Assembly: GCA_950097015.1 (NCBI GenBank)
Contig: CATNEN010000005.1
Span: 4,588,001-4,652,000, forward strand
Direction: 5' to 3'
Length of the DNA: 64,000 nucleotides
Source of the DNA: Macrostomum hystrix
Lineage: Eukaryota; Animalia; Platyhelminthes
Shown piece after piece: positions 1 to 11,800 of the stretch. Made by a program: the position numbers and the translations under genes. The notes beneath the pieces are model-generated. The model saw only the letters and a program-made list of their open reading frames with translations. It did not search any database and was not told the origin of the DNA. Position 1 is the first letter of the stretch. Each line of letters opens with the position of its first letter.

Positions 1-2
1 GA

Positions 3-230
3 ATGCGACTCAATGTTAGCATGATCTGCGAGACTGAGCTGCCGCCTGAGCTGCCAGCCGATCGTCGGCATATTCGCTGTCGGATTCAGTACGCGGCTAA
101 TATTAACCCGGGCGGCTGGGCGCCGGCCACAGTGCTGCGCCAGGTAGCCAAACGGGAATATCCGAAATTTCTTCGCCGATTTACAGCCTACTGCACCGAG
201 AAGGTGAAGAATAGGCCTGTGCAGCTGTAA
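3..230 (+). CDS. CERT1: Ceramide transfer protein (CERT/COL4A3BP), C-terminal START-domain end; partial, gene begins upstream of the window
   Basis: [10 protein letters not shown]...[42 protein letters not shown] matches the recalled CERT C-terminus (INVAMICQT...[36 protein letters not shown]); stop TAA at 228-230. Confidence 0.93.
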   Translation: MRLNVSMICETELPPELPADRRHIRCRIQYAANINPGGWAPATVLRQVAKREYPKFLRRFTAYCTEKVKNRPVQL

Positions 231-1307
231 TTTCACCTACAATCTAGCTAGAACTATTCTGAACTGTTATAAAAACTCGGCCTAGTTGTCCTCGGTTGCT
301 TTCTGATCGCTTGTTTATTTATTAGCTTTGCGGCAGACGGGAAAATACGTTTCTTAGAAAAAAATCGATTTTTGCACGTTTAAATAGTGATTCGATGTAA
401 TTTTTAAAGAAGCATTTTCTAAGAAACTTGGTTTCCCGTCCTTGAACTCCTATTGGTCCGTGTTGTTTGTAATTTTTTAACTAGTATTTTGCTATCGCTT
501 TGTTTAGCTTTTGTTTAATACACTGTGATCAATTAGAAATTCTACAAAGACTTGCCAAGGTTGTCGTTTTCAAATTCAAATTATCAACGGCCGTTTTTAT
601 GACTATACTTCATCAATTTAGAGAAAAAAATGGTGCCAAGCATTTTTTGTAGCATTTAAACAATTTGTATTGCTATAGAAACGACAACCTGGCAAATATT
701 TTGACACAGATCTGTCTTTGTTTAAAGAGTTTTATAATTAAAAATGTTATCATAATATTATTTTGCCCTCATTAAACTCGTCCGACCAGTGAAAAAAACA
801 ATACGATAATATTATTTTTTGTTTCAAAATAAATATTGCATTGTGTGCGAAATTTAATCTTCATTTAATAATGTAATATTGTGAATTGTGAGTCTTTATC
901 GTCTGTACTGTATTTTTTCAGTCTTAAACAATAGGCATTAAATATTTAGTGATTCAAAATATTGTTCTTGTTTTCTATGGCAGCACAAATTCAAAGTGAT
1001 TTCCCCCTTGATTTAGTTTCTTTGTTTAATCATTTCGTCTCGTTTTTTAATTTAACTTAATACTGAAATTTCTAGACCTAATATTTATTTACTAACGGGT
1101 GATTTTGTTTTATTTTTCGCTTCATTTCATAAAAGCTTTCAAGTTGTTGTAAAAAGTTTTGCATAAAATCAGCACGTGTGACCATTTATTCTGCTTGCGA
1201 ATGCTGAAAATTACTAAATTTACCGCTAATTTATTGCTCGTTTATCGTTTTTAATAACTTTATCTGAATATTCCGTGTCTTGTCCACCTGTCTCTCTGTC
1301 TGTCTTT

Positions 1308-1310
1308 CTG

Positions 1311-1346
<36 letters not shown>
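1308..1346. repeat. (TGTC)n microsatellite
   Basis: Run of tgtc units seen directly. Confidence 0.85.
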
Positions 1347-2044
1347 CTCTATATGTCTATACGCTATGCTCCTATCTTACCCGGCTTGTAAAATTATTCT
1401 AGTAACAATACTTAGTACCATTTCAATACGCAACCCTAAGAACATAATTCACAATTTTGTCCTGCACTTTTGTAAGTTTTGGCAATTAATCTCAAAAGAT
1501 GTTTAATTATGTTGTTGTAAAAAAACTGTTTTACAAGATACAAGCGACACTATATAGTGTGATGATTTGTATACTATACACTATGCCACATAATGAATAC
1601 GTTACGAATAATAATAATAAAATAAGTCGTTATAAGTCACTGTTCTCGATTTATAAAACAATATAAGAAAATAGAAATTGTCAAAGATGCCTTTATGACA
1701 ATAGGAATATTTGTATGAATGCTTAGGCCTAGCACTGATTGAACACAGATTGCCTTTTGTCTCAATTGATTTTCTGTGGTTCATTAATGCGTCTAGAACT
1801 CGTCACCGTTGGGTGTGGCGCCCGATGTATGCACTGAGGCAAAAGTACATTTTTCTACTCCAAGCCAGTTATTAAAATCAAAGCGTTTCAGTGAGTTAGG
1901 GCGTTGTCCGGATAGCTGATTCTCAGACTAACGGACAGTCACTTTTGTCATTCGATTTCATTGACCATATCTTAATTGTAAGCTGAACTTCAGAGAGGCA
2001 TTAGTCCTTCAAAGGCATTAGAATCCACAGGAAAAGTATCTGTT

Positions 2045-2310
2045 TCTCAGATACCTATTGGAGACAAAGGATACAGAACTCAAGCAAGCTGAGTAACTTC
2101 TATTCTTATTTAAAGCAATATTATTCAGTCGAAAATTATATGTACAAGAAATGTGTAATCCCGGAGTTCAGACGTACTCTATCCTCGTTTAGACTAGGAA
2201 ATCATAAGCTAGCTTACGAAACATTGCGAGCTGGCAGAACGAGAATTCCTAATGAGAATAGATTATGTAGTGGTTGCAAAATTGAAGTGGAAAATTAGTT
2301 TAACTGTGTC
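2045..2310 (+). mobile_element. Decayed non-LTR retrotransposon (LINE) 3' fragment, post-RT region with start of Cys-rich knuckle
   Basis: One frame reads DTYWRQRIQNSSKLSNFYSYLKQYYSVENYMYKKCVIPEFRRTLSSFRLGNHKLAYETLRAGRTRIPNENRLCSGCKIEVEN*, matching the SKLxxY..FK..E.YL...R..LS.FRL.NH.L..E.GR...R.C..C motif of L2/CR1-like ORF2 C-termini. Confidence 0.7.
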
Positions 2311-2636
2311 TAACAGATTGATTTATTGCTGTGTCTAACAGATTGATTTATTGCTGTGTCTAACAGACTGATTTATTGCTGTGTCTAACAGATTGATTTA
2401 TTTCTGTGTCTAACAGATTGATTTATTTCTGTGTCTAACAGATTGATTTATTGCTGTGTCTAACAGATTGATTTATTGCTGTGTCTAACAGATTGATTTA
2501 TTGCTGTGTCTAACAGATTGATTTATTTCTGTGTCTAACAGATTGATTTATTGCTGTGTCTAACAGATTGATTTATTGCTGTGTCTAACAGATTGATTTA
2601 TTGCTGTGTCTAACAGATTGATTTATTGCTGTGTCT
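2305..2636. repeat. Minisatellite, 25-bp unit (TGTGTCTAACAGATTGATTTATTGC), ~13 copies
   Basis: Period 25 read directly (gattgattta at 2341 and 2391, two units apart). Confidence 0.95.
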
Positions 2637-2762
2637 CATCTCTCCCGTGTCTCATCTCTCCCGTGTCTCATCTCTCCTGTGTCTCATCTCTCCCGTGTCT
2701 CATCTCTCCCGTGTCTCATCTCTCCCGTGTCTCATCTCTCCCGTGTCTCATCTCTCCCGTGC
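2632..2762. repeat. Minisatellite, 16-bp unit (GTGTCTCATCTCTCCC), ~8 copies
   Basis: cccg at 2644 and 2660; abuts the 25-bp array. Confidence 0.92.
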
Positions 2763-3623
2763 CTTCCTTCCTTGATTGCTTGATATCAAGCTATGCTGTA
2801 GGAAGTTCATTTCTCCTAGAAAATGAGGAGAATCTCATTTTTCCCCATGCAGAAGTCCTGAGTCATATCAAATTGGAATACTTGTTTTAATGAGAAGTTC
2901 TGTGAAATTTACAGATGGCAGAGAAAACTGAAAATGAAAAAGACTTGCCAGTCCTACAATTCCTTAATTGCCTCGTTAAAAAGGAAATGAAAATTTTCTT
3001 CCAATGAGCACTTCCGTTAAGAATGCTTGAAACATTTTCACAAACTGGCCATGCAATGCAAAATATCAGCACCTTGCGGCAGGCATTTTAGCTGAACAAT
3101 TATTCTCAACAGCTCTCACAAATTCACAATTTCGAGGATAAAATGATTATCTGCAAACAAAAAAGATAGGGATTATAAAAATACCATGAGACATACATTT
3201 CCCCAGAACTGTCTTTAGCTAGAATCCTTCCTCGGTAAGTTTTAAAGAAATCGCGAACTGTGTCACGAATTTAAATGCTTAATCTAAGGATAGAAGAATT
3301 ACTTCTGTTTGTAACCATTGTGTTTAATTCGAATGGTAAGTACCACTAAAATAATTTGTTCCCTGAATGCAATGTGTCCATTCATAATCGTTTGTTGTCA
3401 TTTTGGCCCAACTGGAAACTTGTTACTCGCACGACGTCTGACAGTGCGGTCGGGAGTTCGAATCTCAGCCAGGTGGCGTAGAAATTGGGGTAGATATTTC
3501 GGCCTCTCAATGTGACAGCTGTACACTTGATTCTATCCATCTAGGTCTTATCAACCTAAAGAATGGATCGATTCTTAATTTCAATGGAGAGTCGTATTAA
3601 AAATAATGTCATGCTCTCCTCAG

Positions 3624-5418
3624 ATATTGCCAAAGCCCAGGTGCACAGAAACTACATCCGGGCGAATGGACCAGTTCACCTGAACGACTCGGTCAGCAGT
3701 GAGGTCATCAACGAGACCGGATGTCGTACAGAGAGAGACTGTCTGCTCCTGTGCTATTCCCGTGACTGCGCTGCAGCCAGTGTGTCACCCAGCTCAGGTG
3801 TCTGCCAGCTGCTGCTCATCAACGATGCGTCGAGAACTCCGGGACCAAACGGAACTCACGCGGCCAGAGCTGTGGGATCAGAGGCCGGTGCGACAGTGTG
3901 GAAGGTGGACAACTTCGAGGAGCTGCTTCTGGCGAGACGCCTGACGAACTTTACTGTCCAATTTGGAAGTGAGTTGGAATGGTCTCAATGCATCAATGGT
4001 ATCTTTGGGCTTCGAGCTCGCGACCTTTCGGTCGGAAGTCCGAAACTAACATTGGGCCTTGGGGGTGAGTGGCAGACTGGTTAACGCGTCTGCCTCTCGC
4101 ACCAAGGTCCCCGAGCTCGATTCCGCGGCGAGGCCACATTCATTCGTTCGGAGAGAAGACTTGGGGGCTTGTCGTGAAATTTACGCCCTTGATGGCCAAC
4201 CTCAAAGGCACAGTAAAAGTGTACACTGCCTGACAATAAGACAGTCAGGGCAGATGTACACACCTGTGTGAGCGTATGCCTGTGTACGGTATCTGTGTGC
4301 GTGTGTGCTCAGGAGTCAGCGAATGTGCCTCCTCGCTGGCTGCGGGTCTATAGTGTCACCAAATGATGTGCCCTTGCCCGCAGCCCTCCTGCAAGTACTG
4401 TCATTATTCTGGGCCTTCACAGCCTTCTCAATCGCATCACTGGCTGGCCCAACTGGGCTCGACGCGCATGGAATTCCAGCCTCTCTTCTGTCCCATTTCA
4501 GACTCGAGCTGGGGCAGCAACGGCTCCATCCAACACCTGGTGATCCCCGTGAGCGGCTGCTACCGAATCGAAGCCTCAGGAGCTGCCGGCGGGAACAACA
4601 GCCACGTGAACTCGACCGGCGGCAGAGGCGCCTTCATCGCCGGCAGCTTCAACCTGACGGGCGGCTCCCAGCTGTCTGTGGTCGTCGGACAGGCCGGTGG
4701 CAGCGCCAACTCAACTCAAAGCGGTGGCGGAGGAGGTGGAGGCAGCTTCGTGTGGCGCACAACGGACAGTCAGCTGCTCCTGGCTGCAGGTGGAGGAGGT
4801 GGCGCTACAGTTTCAGTTTTTGACTTGAAATCTGAAGCAGGTAAATTGTTTTACCTGGATGTCCAGTTGGAGTCACGTTTGAATTTCCTGACTTCATTTT
4901 AGTTTGATAGTTTTCCCCGCGCAGGAATGGCGGGTCAGTCAGGAAGCAACGGCACCGATTCGTACGGAGCACAGCTGGAAAACGCGGGCTTCGGTGGCGT
5001 CAACGGCCAGCCGGGATTCAATGATCCGAGCTTGGCGAAGTCGAGCAGAAACTGCGGCGGCTGCGGCGCCGGCTGGCTTGGCAAGGCCGCGAACCCGGGA
5101 CGCAGCTCAAAGGACGGCGAGCGAGGCGGCAGTCTGGCCGACGGCTGGGTCGGCGGCAGAGCCGGAGACGGCAGCGCTGGCGACGGCGGCTTCGGTGGAG
5201 GCGGCGGCGCGGGCGGGTCCGCTGAAGGCCTCAAAGGTGCGGCCGGCGCTGGTGGCGGCTTCAGCGGCGGTGGAGCGGGTATCGCCTTCGGACACGCTGG
5301 CGGTGGAGGCGGGTCCCTCTGCGGCGGTGGCGACTGTGTCGCAGTTTCTGGCGGTGGTGGCAGCAGTGACGCCGGTCAAGGTCGAGTTGCGCTTCGATTG
5401 GTCGATAAAATTTGTTAA
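3624..5418 (+). CDS. PAN/apple + ALK/LTK-like glycine-rich domain protein, paralog 1; signal-peptide exon not found
   Basis: Exons 3624-3968, 4502-4840, 4925-5418, all GT-AG and phase 1. Exon lengths 345 and 339 equal those of paralogs 2 and 3. PAN-type C-x3-C-x4-C...C-x-L motif; GCYRIEASGAAGG...GSFNL...VVVGQAG...GGGGGGSFV...LLAAGGGGG...GGFGGGGG...GQGRVAL aligns to the ALK/LTK glycine-rich region. Confidence 0.8.
4061..4408 (+). mobile_element. tRNA-derived SINE family A, in intron of paralog 1
   Basis: A-box-like TGGCAGACTGGTTAACGCG and B-box-like GCTCGATTCC; shared body with six other copies; flanked by TGGGCCTT direct repeat (putative TSD). Confidence 0.85.
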
Positions 5419-5854
5419 ATCTACTGCGAGACACTTGGACTTCGACTTCGGCTCAGAGTGTCGACCAGGTTATAATAGTTCAACATTTCACAACCATGCG
5501 ACATTAATTGAGTAGTGTCATGTGAGCATCGTAGTCATCTTCAGATAAATATTTATTCTATTTGCTGTTTTCCTGTCACTCTCTTGGGTTGCTTTTCCTA
5601 CTTTTTCTCACATTTAATAATTTATTGGCCTGGACCTATCTTTGACGACTAATGAAATATAAGTTAACGACGTGACTGTCTTTGTTTAAAAGCACTATTA
5701 TAAACATCATTAAAAGTTCTTGATGTTCTTGAAAAACCTAACTGCCTCCATTTTTTGTTTAAAAATTTTTTTCCGGGGAAAGAAAAACTAACTTTCAAAG
5801 CCGTCCGACGTCGATGAATATCTCAACGATATGATGATGTTTTGTGATTATGTG

Positions 5855-6172
5855 ATTGTGGAACCCCCAAATTCATTGTGGAACAGAAATATCTATTGTG
5901 GAACCCACAAATCCATTGTGGAGCCCACAAATCCATTGTGGAACCCACAAATCCATTTTGGAACCCACAAATCCATTGTGGAACCCACAAATCCATTGTG
6001 GAACCCACAAATCCATTGTGGAACCCACAAATCCATTGTGGAACCCACAAATCCATTATGGAACATAAATATCTATTATGGAACCCACAAATCTATTGTG
6101 GAACCCACAAATCTATTGTGGAACCCACAAATCTATTGTGGAACCCACAAATCCATTGTGGAACCCCCAAAT
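5855..6172. repeat. Minisatellite, 20-bp unit (GAACCCACAAATCCATTGTG), ~15 copies
   Basis: Period 20 seen directly. Confidence 0.95.
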
Positions 6173-8884
6173 CATTTTTTGCAACCCAAAATTCAATTCC
6201 TTGGGGGGCTTAAACTATCGTGTCGTCTATTTATTTTTGACAAATCTGACATAGTACCTTTTTTATTAGTTTAAGTGATGATCTTTAGCGATAATCGTTA
6301 TTGGACTTATATTTTTACCCTTATTTGTCAGTTTTTGTAGAATACTGAATCGACTTTCCATGTTTTACAAGAAACATTTTCACTCTGACTAATACTTATG
6401 GAGTGTAGGAAAAATATTCATTTTTAGACTTTTTGATTTCGATGAAAATATATTTTATTTGTATTATGTGCAAAAAGAAGGCAAAATTTGTTGAAAATTT
6501 AAACTGTATTTTTATAATTACGTGTCTACTTTTTCATTACTACATACATTAATATGTTAGGCGAATTACGAGAGATTTTTGCAAAGCAAATAAAATTTGC
6601 ATAAAATATTCCTTTAAAACACATTCCATCACTAGTAAGTTTTTAAAGTTCCTTTCAGCCTATTTTCAACTTTTATATTGTTGATTTAATGCGTGGTACA
6701 ATATATATTTCTGAAAATTTCCGTTAAGATCAAAGATTAGCCGTTTTTAGCGGGAAAAGCTGCTTTCATCAACTTTGCATTCGGTACATGCGTGTATCTG
6801 CCTCTAGCCATCTACATTATCACTCTATTCAGAAAATCGATTTTGCTTAACTAAACTAGAGATAGCTACATGTAGTACGCACGTTAATTTTAGATTGGCG
6901 CACGCAAAGAAAGATCAGGATCGATTTTCTAGACGAATGGGCTTTGTTTTATAGAAGATTCCATTTATTTAAACAAGCTAAGATATTATTGATTTCTTTA
7001 TAAAAGTGCATTCTTTAGCGTAGCCATTTCTAGACTAGAATTTGGTTGTAAGCAGACAGTATTAGTTAAAACAATGTTCCCGGATATACTAATTTATTTT
7101 CGCTTTGAATCTTTTGAAACAATGAGAGACAAAAACATAAAAAATAGTTTTTTCCAGTGTAGCAAAAACATTTACTGATTGAATATTATATTATATTTTT
7201 TAGAAAAAACTGGCCTGTTATCACAGCTAAACAAATTTGCGTGCGAATAACATTTAAATTTAGAAGCAATGTATAGTAGCAATAGACACGCTAAACAGAA
7301 TCTATTTAAACAAAAAAATAGATAGAAACGAAATTTTAATAAATTTCAGTGACCAGTTTGAAATTAATTTTCACGTGAGCCTCTTGGCCTCAAAGAGCTA
7401 ACGTATTCGGATCTGAATATTAGTTCAAAATATTACTTAATCAATGAAAGACAGACACAGACATCGGCGCTTTAAAAACAAGTCATCTATAAAACAAAAG
7501 ATGTTCAAAAATAGGAAACAGAAAATAAGAACACGTTATTGATTTGCTAGTTAGTTTTTAGTCCGTCGATAGCAGTTGATTTTTCGGCCATACAATGAGT
7601 TATACAATCATTCTTAGAGCCTGCCTAATGCATGTTTTCATAAATCGCCTTGATTACATTCACGTTTTATTATAGTTAATACCATTATCACCATCACAGA
7701 AACTGCGCTGCAAAATAGCAAACAAAAAGCTTTTTTGTTTTACTGGAATGATATTATTTGAAAAGTTAAAAAAACTTGTCAATTGTCGTGCATAACAGAT
7801 CATTAGAAACTCACATTTTTCTATCAAATTGATTGCTTTTAACAACACAATCTCAGCCGTTTAAAAAGCATTGCCTGCGATATTATTACAGTAACCGTAC
7901 CGTACTAAATCAGTAAGATCTAAAAGTACTAATGCATCAATGCTTGAAAGAATAACAAAAAATATCTCTGCAATGAATAACAAGAAATAATTTGTTAAGA
8001 AACGCGGCAACTTATGCGTCCGAAACTGGTCTCCACTATAGACTAGTAAATAAAACGCATTAAAAAACAATGTAGCATAACTAACTTAGTTCATTGTGCA
8101 AGTTATGTACATAAATAAATATATATTACTGGCATATAGATCCAGTTCTAAAACCTACTGGTACTCCGACAGATAGAACACAATTATCACTGGTATGATG
8201 ACGGATCTATAGGACATAGGCTTTAACATCAAAGTCAGCAAATATTTGTTTTGTAGAAATTAAAGAAAATAGACTCTTCTAAAAGTGCTTTGATATGTGT
8301 GTTAGTCAAGTGCAAAAGACATGATTAGTATTTTTTAAACATAATTTGCATAAACCAGCCGAGCCCAAGATGCAGAGACTGATTGTTGTTTCCAGGAAAC
8401 TGTCAGGAAACTGTACGATTTTCAATCTGAGGCTCAGTTGGTTGTGACTTCCTGATATGCTACATTTAAGACAAAATGTGCTCACAAACTAAGTTTTAAA
8501 AAGCAAGTAGTGCATGCAGTTTTTACCTTCTAACAGTGTTCGCGCGCTTATTATATAGTTATATTATTATCACAAAGCCATTGCAGGGAGTCAACACATA
8601 GATAAGTACGTCAGACATTCAGAAAGGCTTGAATTTCAGTTGATAAAAAACTGTTAACAAAAATATGTTCGTTTATAGGCCAGAAATTGTCGGAGCAAAC
8701 AGAATATAAGCTGTGGACGGATTGAAGTATTAAATTGATACTCATAAAAATAGTTTATCAAATAATCTAACACGCATCAAGTCATCATCTTTATTGTCCT
8801 CTAGTAAATCTAGGAATTAAAATCAATACAAATTACAAACATGTAGCTCGGTTAGAAAACAAAGAAAACAAAATCAAAAGCAAT

Positions 8885-11800
8885 TTAAAGCAAATTGCAT
8901 GCCTTGCTGCTCGCCTGCTGCTGCTGCTGCTGCTGCTGTCTTTCTCCGCCACTACGACGACCTCCAGTGCCGCCGCCTCCGCCGCCTCCGCCGCCGCCAC
9001 CGCCGCGTTGTCGCTCCTGTCTAGCGAGTGCCGCGCTCGACGGTGGCGTGAAGGTGATCTCGCCGGATTCCCGTTTGTGCACCTTGTGCAAAGCGATCCG
9101 ATAGGTGCCAGTGATGGCCGATCTGTACGACTTTCCTGAGGCCTCCTCTAGAAGAGCCTCGCTAATGCCCAGCTGTAGCAAGTTCTTCCGCACCTCGAGC
9201 TCCTCCGGCCGCAGTTCGGACCGATTGGACACGCGCCGGGGATTCATCTCGTATTTCTCCAGAGCCGGCAGAAATTCTTCGCCCTCGAGCCAAGCCGATG
9301 CTTGAATGTCGGCCATGGTGGCGCGATCCGGCGGACTCAGCCTCAGAATGGACGCAATCAACGACTGAGCAGGCTCGGACAGAAATGCTGGCAGGTTGTA
9401 CTCACCGGCTAGGATGAGCTTTTTGAGCCGGCCGACTGTGTCGGCTCTGAAAGGCATCAAGCCGGTGAGCATGAAGTAGAGCAGGACGCCGAGAGCCCAG
9501 ACGTCAACCCGAGGGCCCTGGTAGGAGTCGTCGCGAAACAGTTCCGGAGCCGCGTAGGGCGGTGAGCCGCAGAAGGTATTCAACTCCTGTTGCGGCTTGG
9601 CCAATGTGCTGAAACCGAAGTCGCCAACTTTCACGTGCGACGGGCCGGAGAAGAACACGTTCTCGGCTTTTAGATCGCGATGGATCACGTGATGGTCGTG
9701 CTGCGGGCGGGTCGGTGGTTTGAATTAGTTTTTTTCCTACCTGAGTCTCTCTCAGTGGCTGTTTCAGAGTGCCCCACAAGCAGAAGCGAAATACATTAGT
9801 ACAATAGATAATAATAATTATTATTATTGCAGGAGGGCTGCGGGCAATGGCACATCATTTAGTGACACTTGACCCGCAGCCAGCGAGGAGGCAATTCTGC
9901 CCATTTCGCTGACTCCTGAGCACACACGCACACAGATACTGTACGTAGGCATACGCTCACACAGCTGTGTACATCTGCCCCGACTCTCACATTGTCAGGC
10001 AGTGTACACTCTCACTGTGCCTTGGAGGTTGGCCCTCAAGGGCGTAAATTGCACGACAAGCCACCAAAGCCTTCTCTCCGCGGCTGCGCCCCAAATGAAT
10101 GTGGCCTCGCCGTGGAATCGAACTTAGGGACCTTGGTGCGAAAGGCAAACGCGTTAACCGCTCTACCACCGATCCCCTTAGTAGTACGAGTACAGTAGAT
10201 GTGAAGAGTCATAATTGGCCTGTTGTACTAGCATCCATACATATGCGTCACAGGTACGATTCACTAAACATAAGCTTTAAAAAACCTAAAAAACACCTTC
10301 AGTGACTGTTATTCACCATTCCTCTCCTTCCAAAATACGCAGAATATATTTTTTTGTTTTACTTCTATACGCAACTCAGACCGAGACGAGCTAAAAATAC
10401 AATTTTATAAAATAGGCTCTATAAATTGTACATGATTACTTTTATTAAAGCGAATTTTTTTTCCAGTTTAACCGGATGACATGAATCTCATTCTTTTTGA
10501 CGCATAATTTGGCGATGGTACAGCTTATAGCTTATAGCCAACAATTTTTCGTAACTTCTCAGAACTTTCTTAGAAATAAGGCCAAAAAAGGAAATTCTAC
10601 AGCGGTTTGACATTTGACTTATTTGTGGCACGACCGATGCCGTTCAATGGTCATCGAATTACATTAGCCTAGGACAGGAAGCTAGGATCAATACCTATTA
10701 CCTACCCACAGATGAGGAAAAAAGCGAAATGGACGATTCGTGAAGCTCATTGTAAGCTCAGATAAGCTTGACCTGCCTGACCAAACAGAATCTCCCTAGG
10801 GAGTTTAGAAAGAAATGTGAGCCAGTTTTCCTAGCGAGCGGTTTTATGGCTATAGAGAGAGAGGAAATGTAAGGCAAGCTTGATATAGCCAGTCATTGAG
10901 TAGACATTCAGCAAGAGCATCAAATTGCACGACTACAAAGGGAAACAATAGCTTTACCTTTTTTCCCAAGCAGTTTTCGTCGAATAGGAAAAAAGTTACT
11001 GGGAAATCAAAGGTAAACTATCAGCATTGTGTCTTGTGTGTCTGATTGTGAATCTTACTTTGAGATCACAGGCCTAATGCCGGTTGTTTTGATTGCCTAT
11101 AGTTCACGTTTTTTAAACAATCTTGTTTTCTGGAAATCTGAGAGATTAAAGCATGATGCAACGAGAAATTAAATGTCTAGCTTAAGAACTCCAATTGCTT
11201 ATCTAGGAGCTTGTAGCCGAGTGGTTTTAGCGTCGGACTAACGACTTGAAGGTCGAGGGTTCGATTCCCGACTCCACTGAAACAATTTGTGTCCTTTAGC
11301 AACACACTAAACTCTGCATTGCTTCAGTTCACCCAGCTGTTAAATGGGTACCAGCATTAGCTGGGATAATTGAGGGTGGGTGTGGCGTCCCCCCAAGTCC
11401 ATGGACTGAACAGCTGTACGCAGCCTTCAGATGCGCCGCGTAATAGCAGCGGCTGTGCTGTCGGCTGCACATCTGGGCCGATTGGGGCAGGTGTAATCAG
11501 TTACTATTTATTTATCAAGAGCTGAGATTACAAATCGCGCACTACAACCTTAAAATCAACGCTTCAAAGCAACTTTAAAATAGATTAGGCGTTAACGTAA
11601 CGACGAAACGACTGCTCACCATATGCTTGATGGCTGAAGCCACCTGTGAGAAGATCACCCTCGCGTGCCGCTCGGAGAACCGTCCCTCCGAGGTGATCTT
11701 GGTGAATAGCTCGCCGCCCGGAGCATATTCCATCACGATGTGAATCTTTGCCACGCTCTCCATCACTTCGTACAGTCTGATAACGCACGGATGATGCAGC

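Noticed and set aside
553-695. 17-18-bp inverted repeat TTGCCA(A)GGTTGTCGTTT
   Set aside because: No TSD or element boundaries identifiable; probably an internal piece of an old DNA transposon.
1786-1900. Candidate first exon for paralog 1 ending at the GTGAGT donor near 1891
   Set aside because: The required phase-1 frame has an upstream stop, no ATG and no hydrophobic signal.
4061-4135. tRNA genes at SINE heads and at tRNA-like fragments near 3440, 44190, 55300 and 55500
   Set aside because: Only A/B-box remnants; no complete cloverleaf with acceptor stem and anticodon arm.
4305-4500. N-termini MMCPCPQPSCKYCH... of ORFs 4363-4902 and 26471-27010 as a Cys-rich domain
   Set aside because: This sequence is the 3' end of SINE-A inside an intron; paralog 3 lacks it, and the true exon starts at 4502 / 26871.
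4904-5515. Alternative-frame and antisense ORFs over the glycine-rich exons and kinase exon (e.g. 4904-5515, 4935-5234, 25864-26469, 8895-9104)
   Set aside because: Shadows of GC-rich coding sequence; the glycine-rich or kinase frame explains the region.
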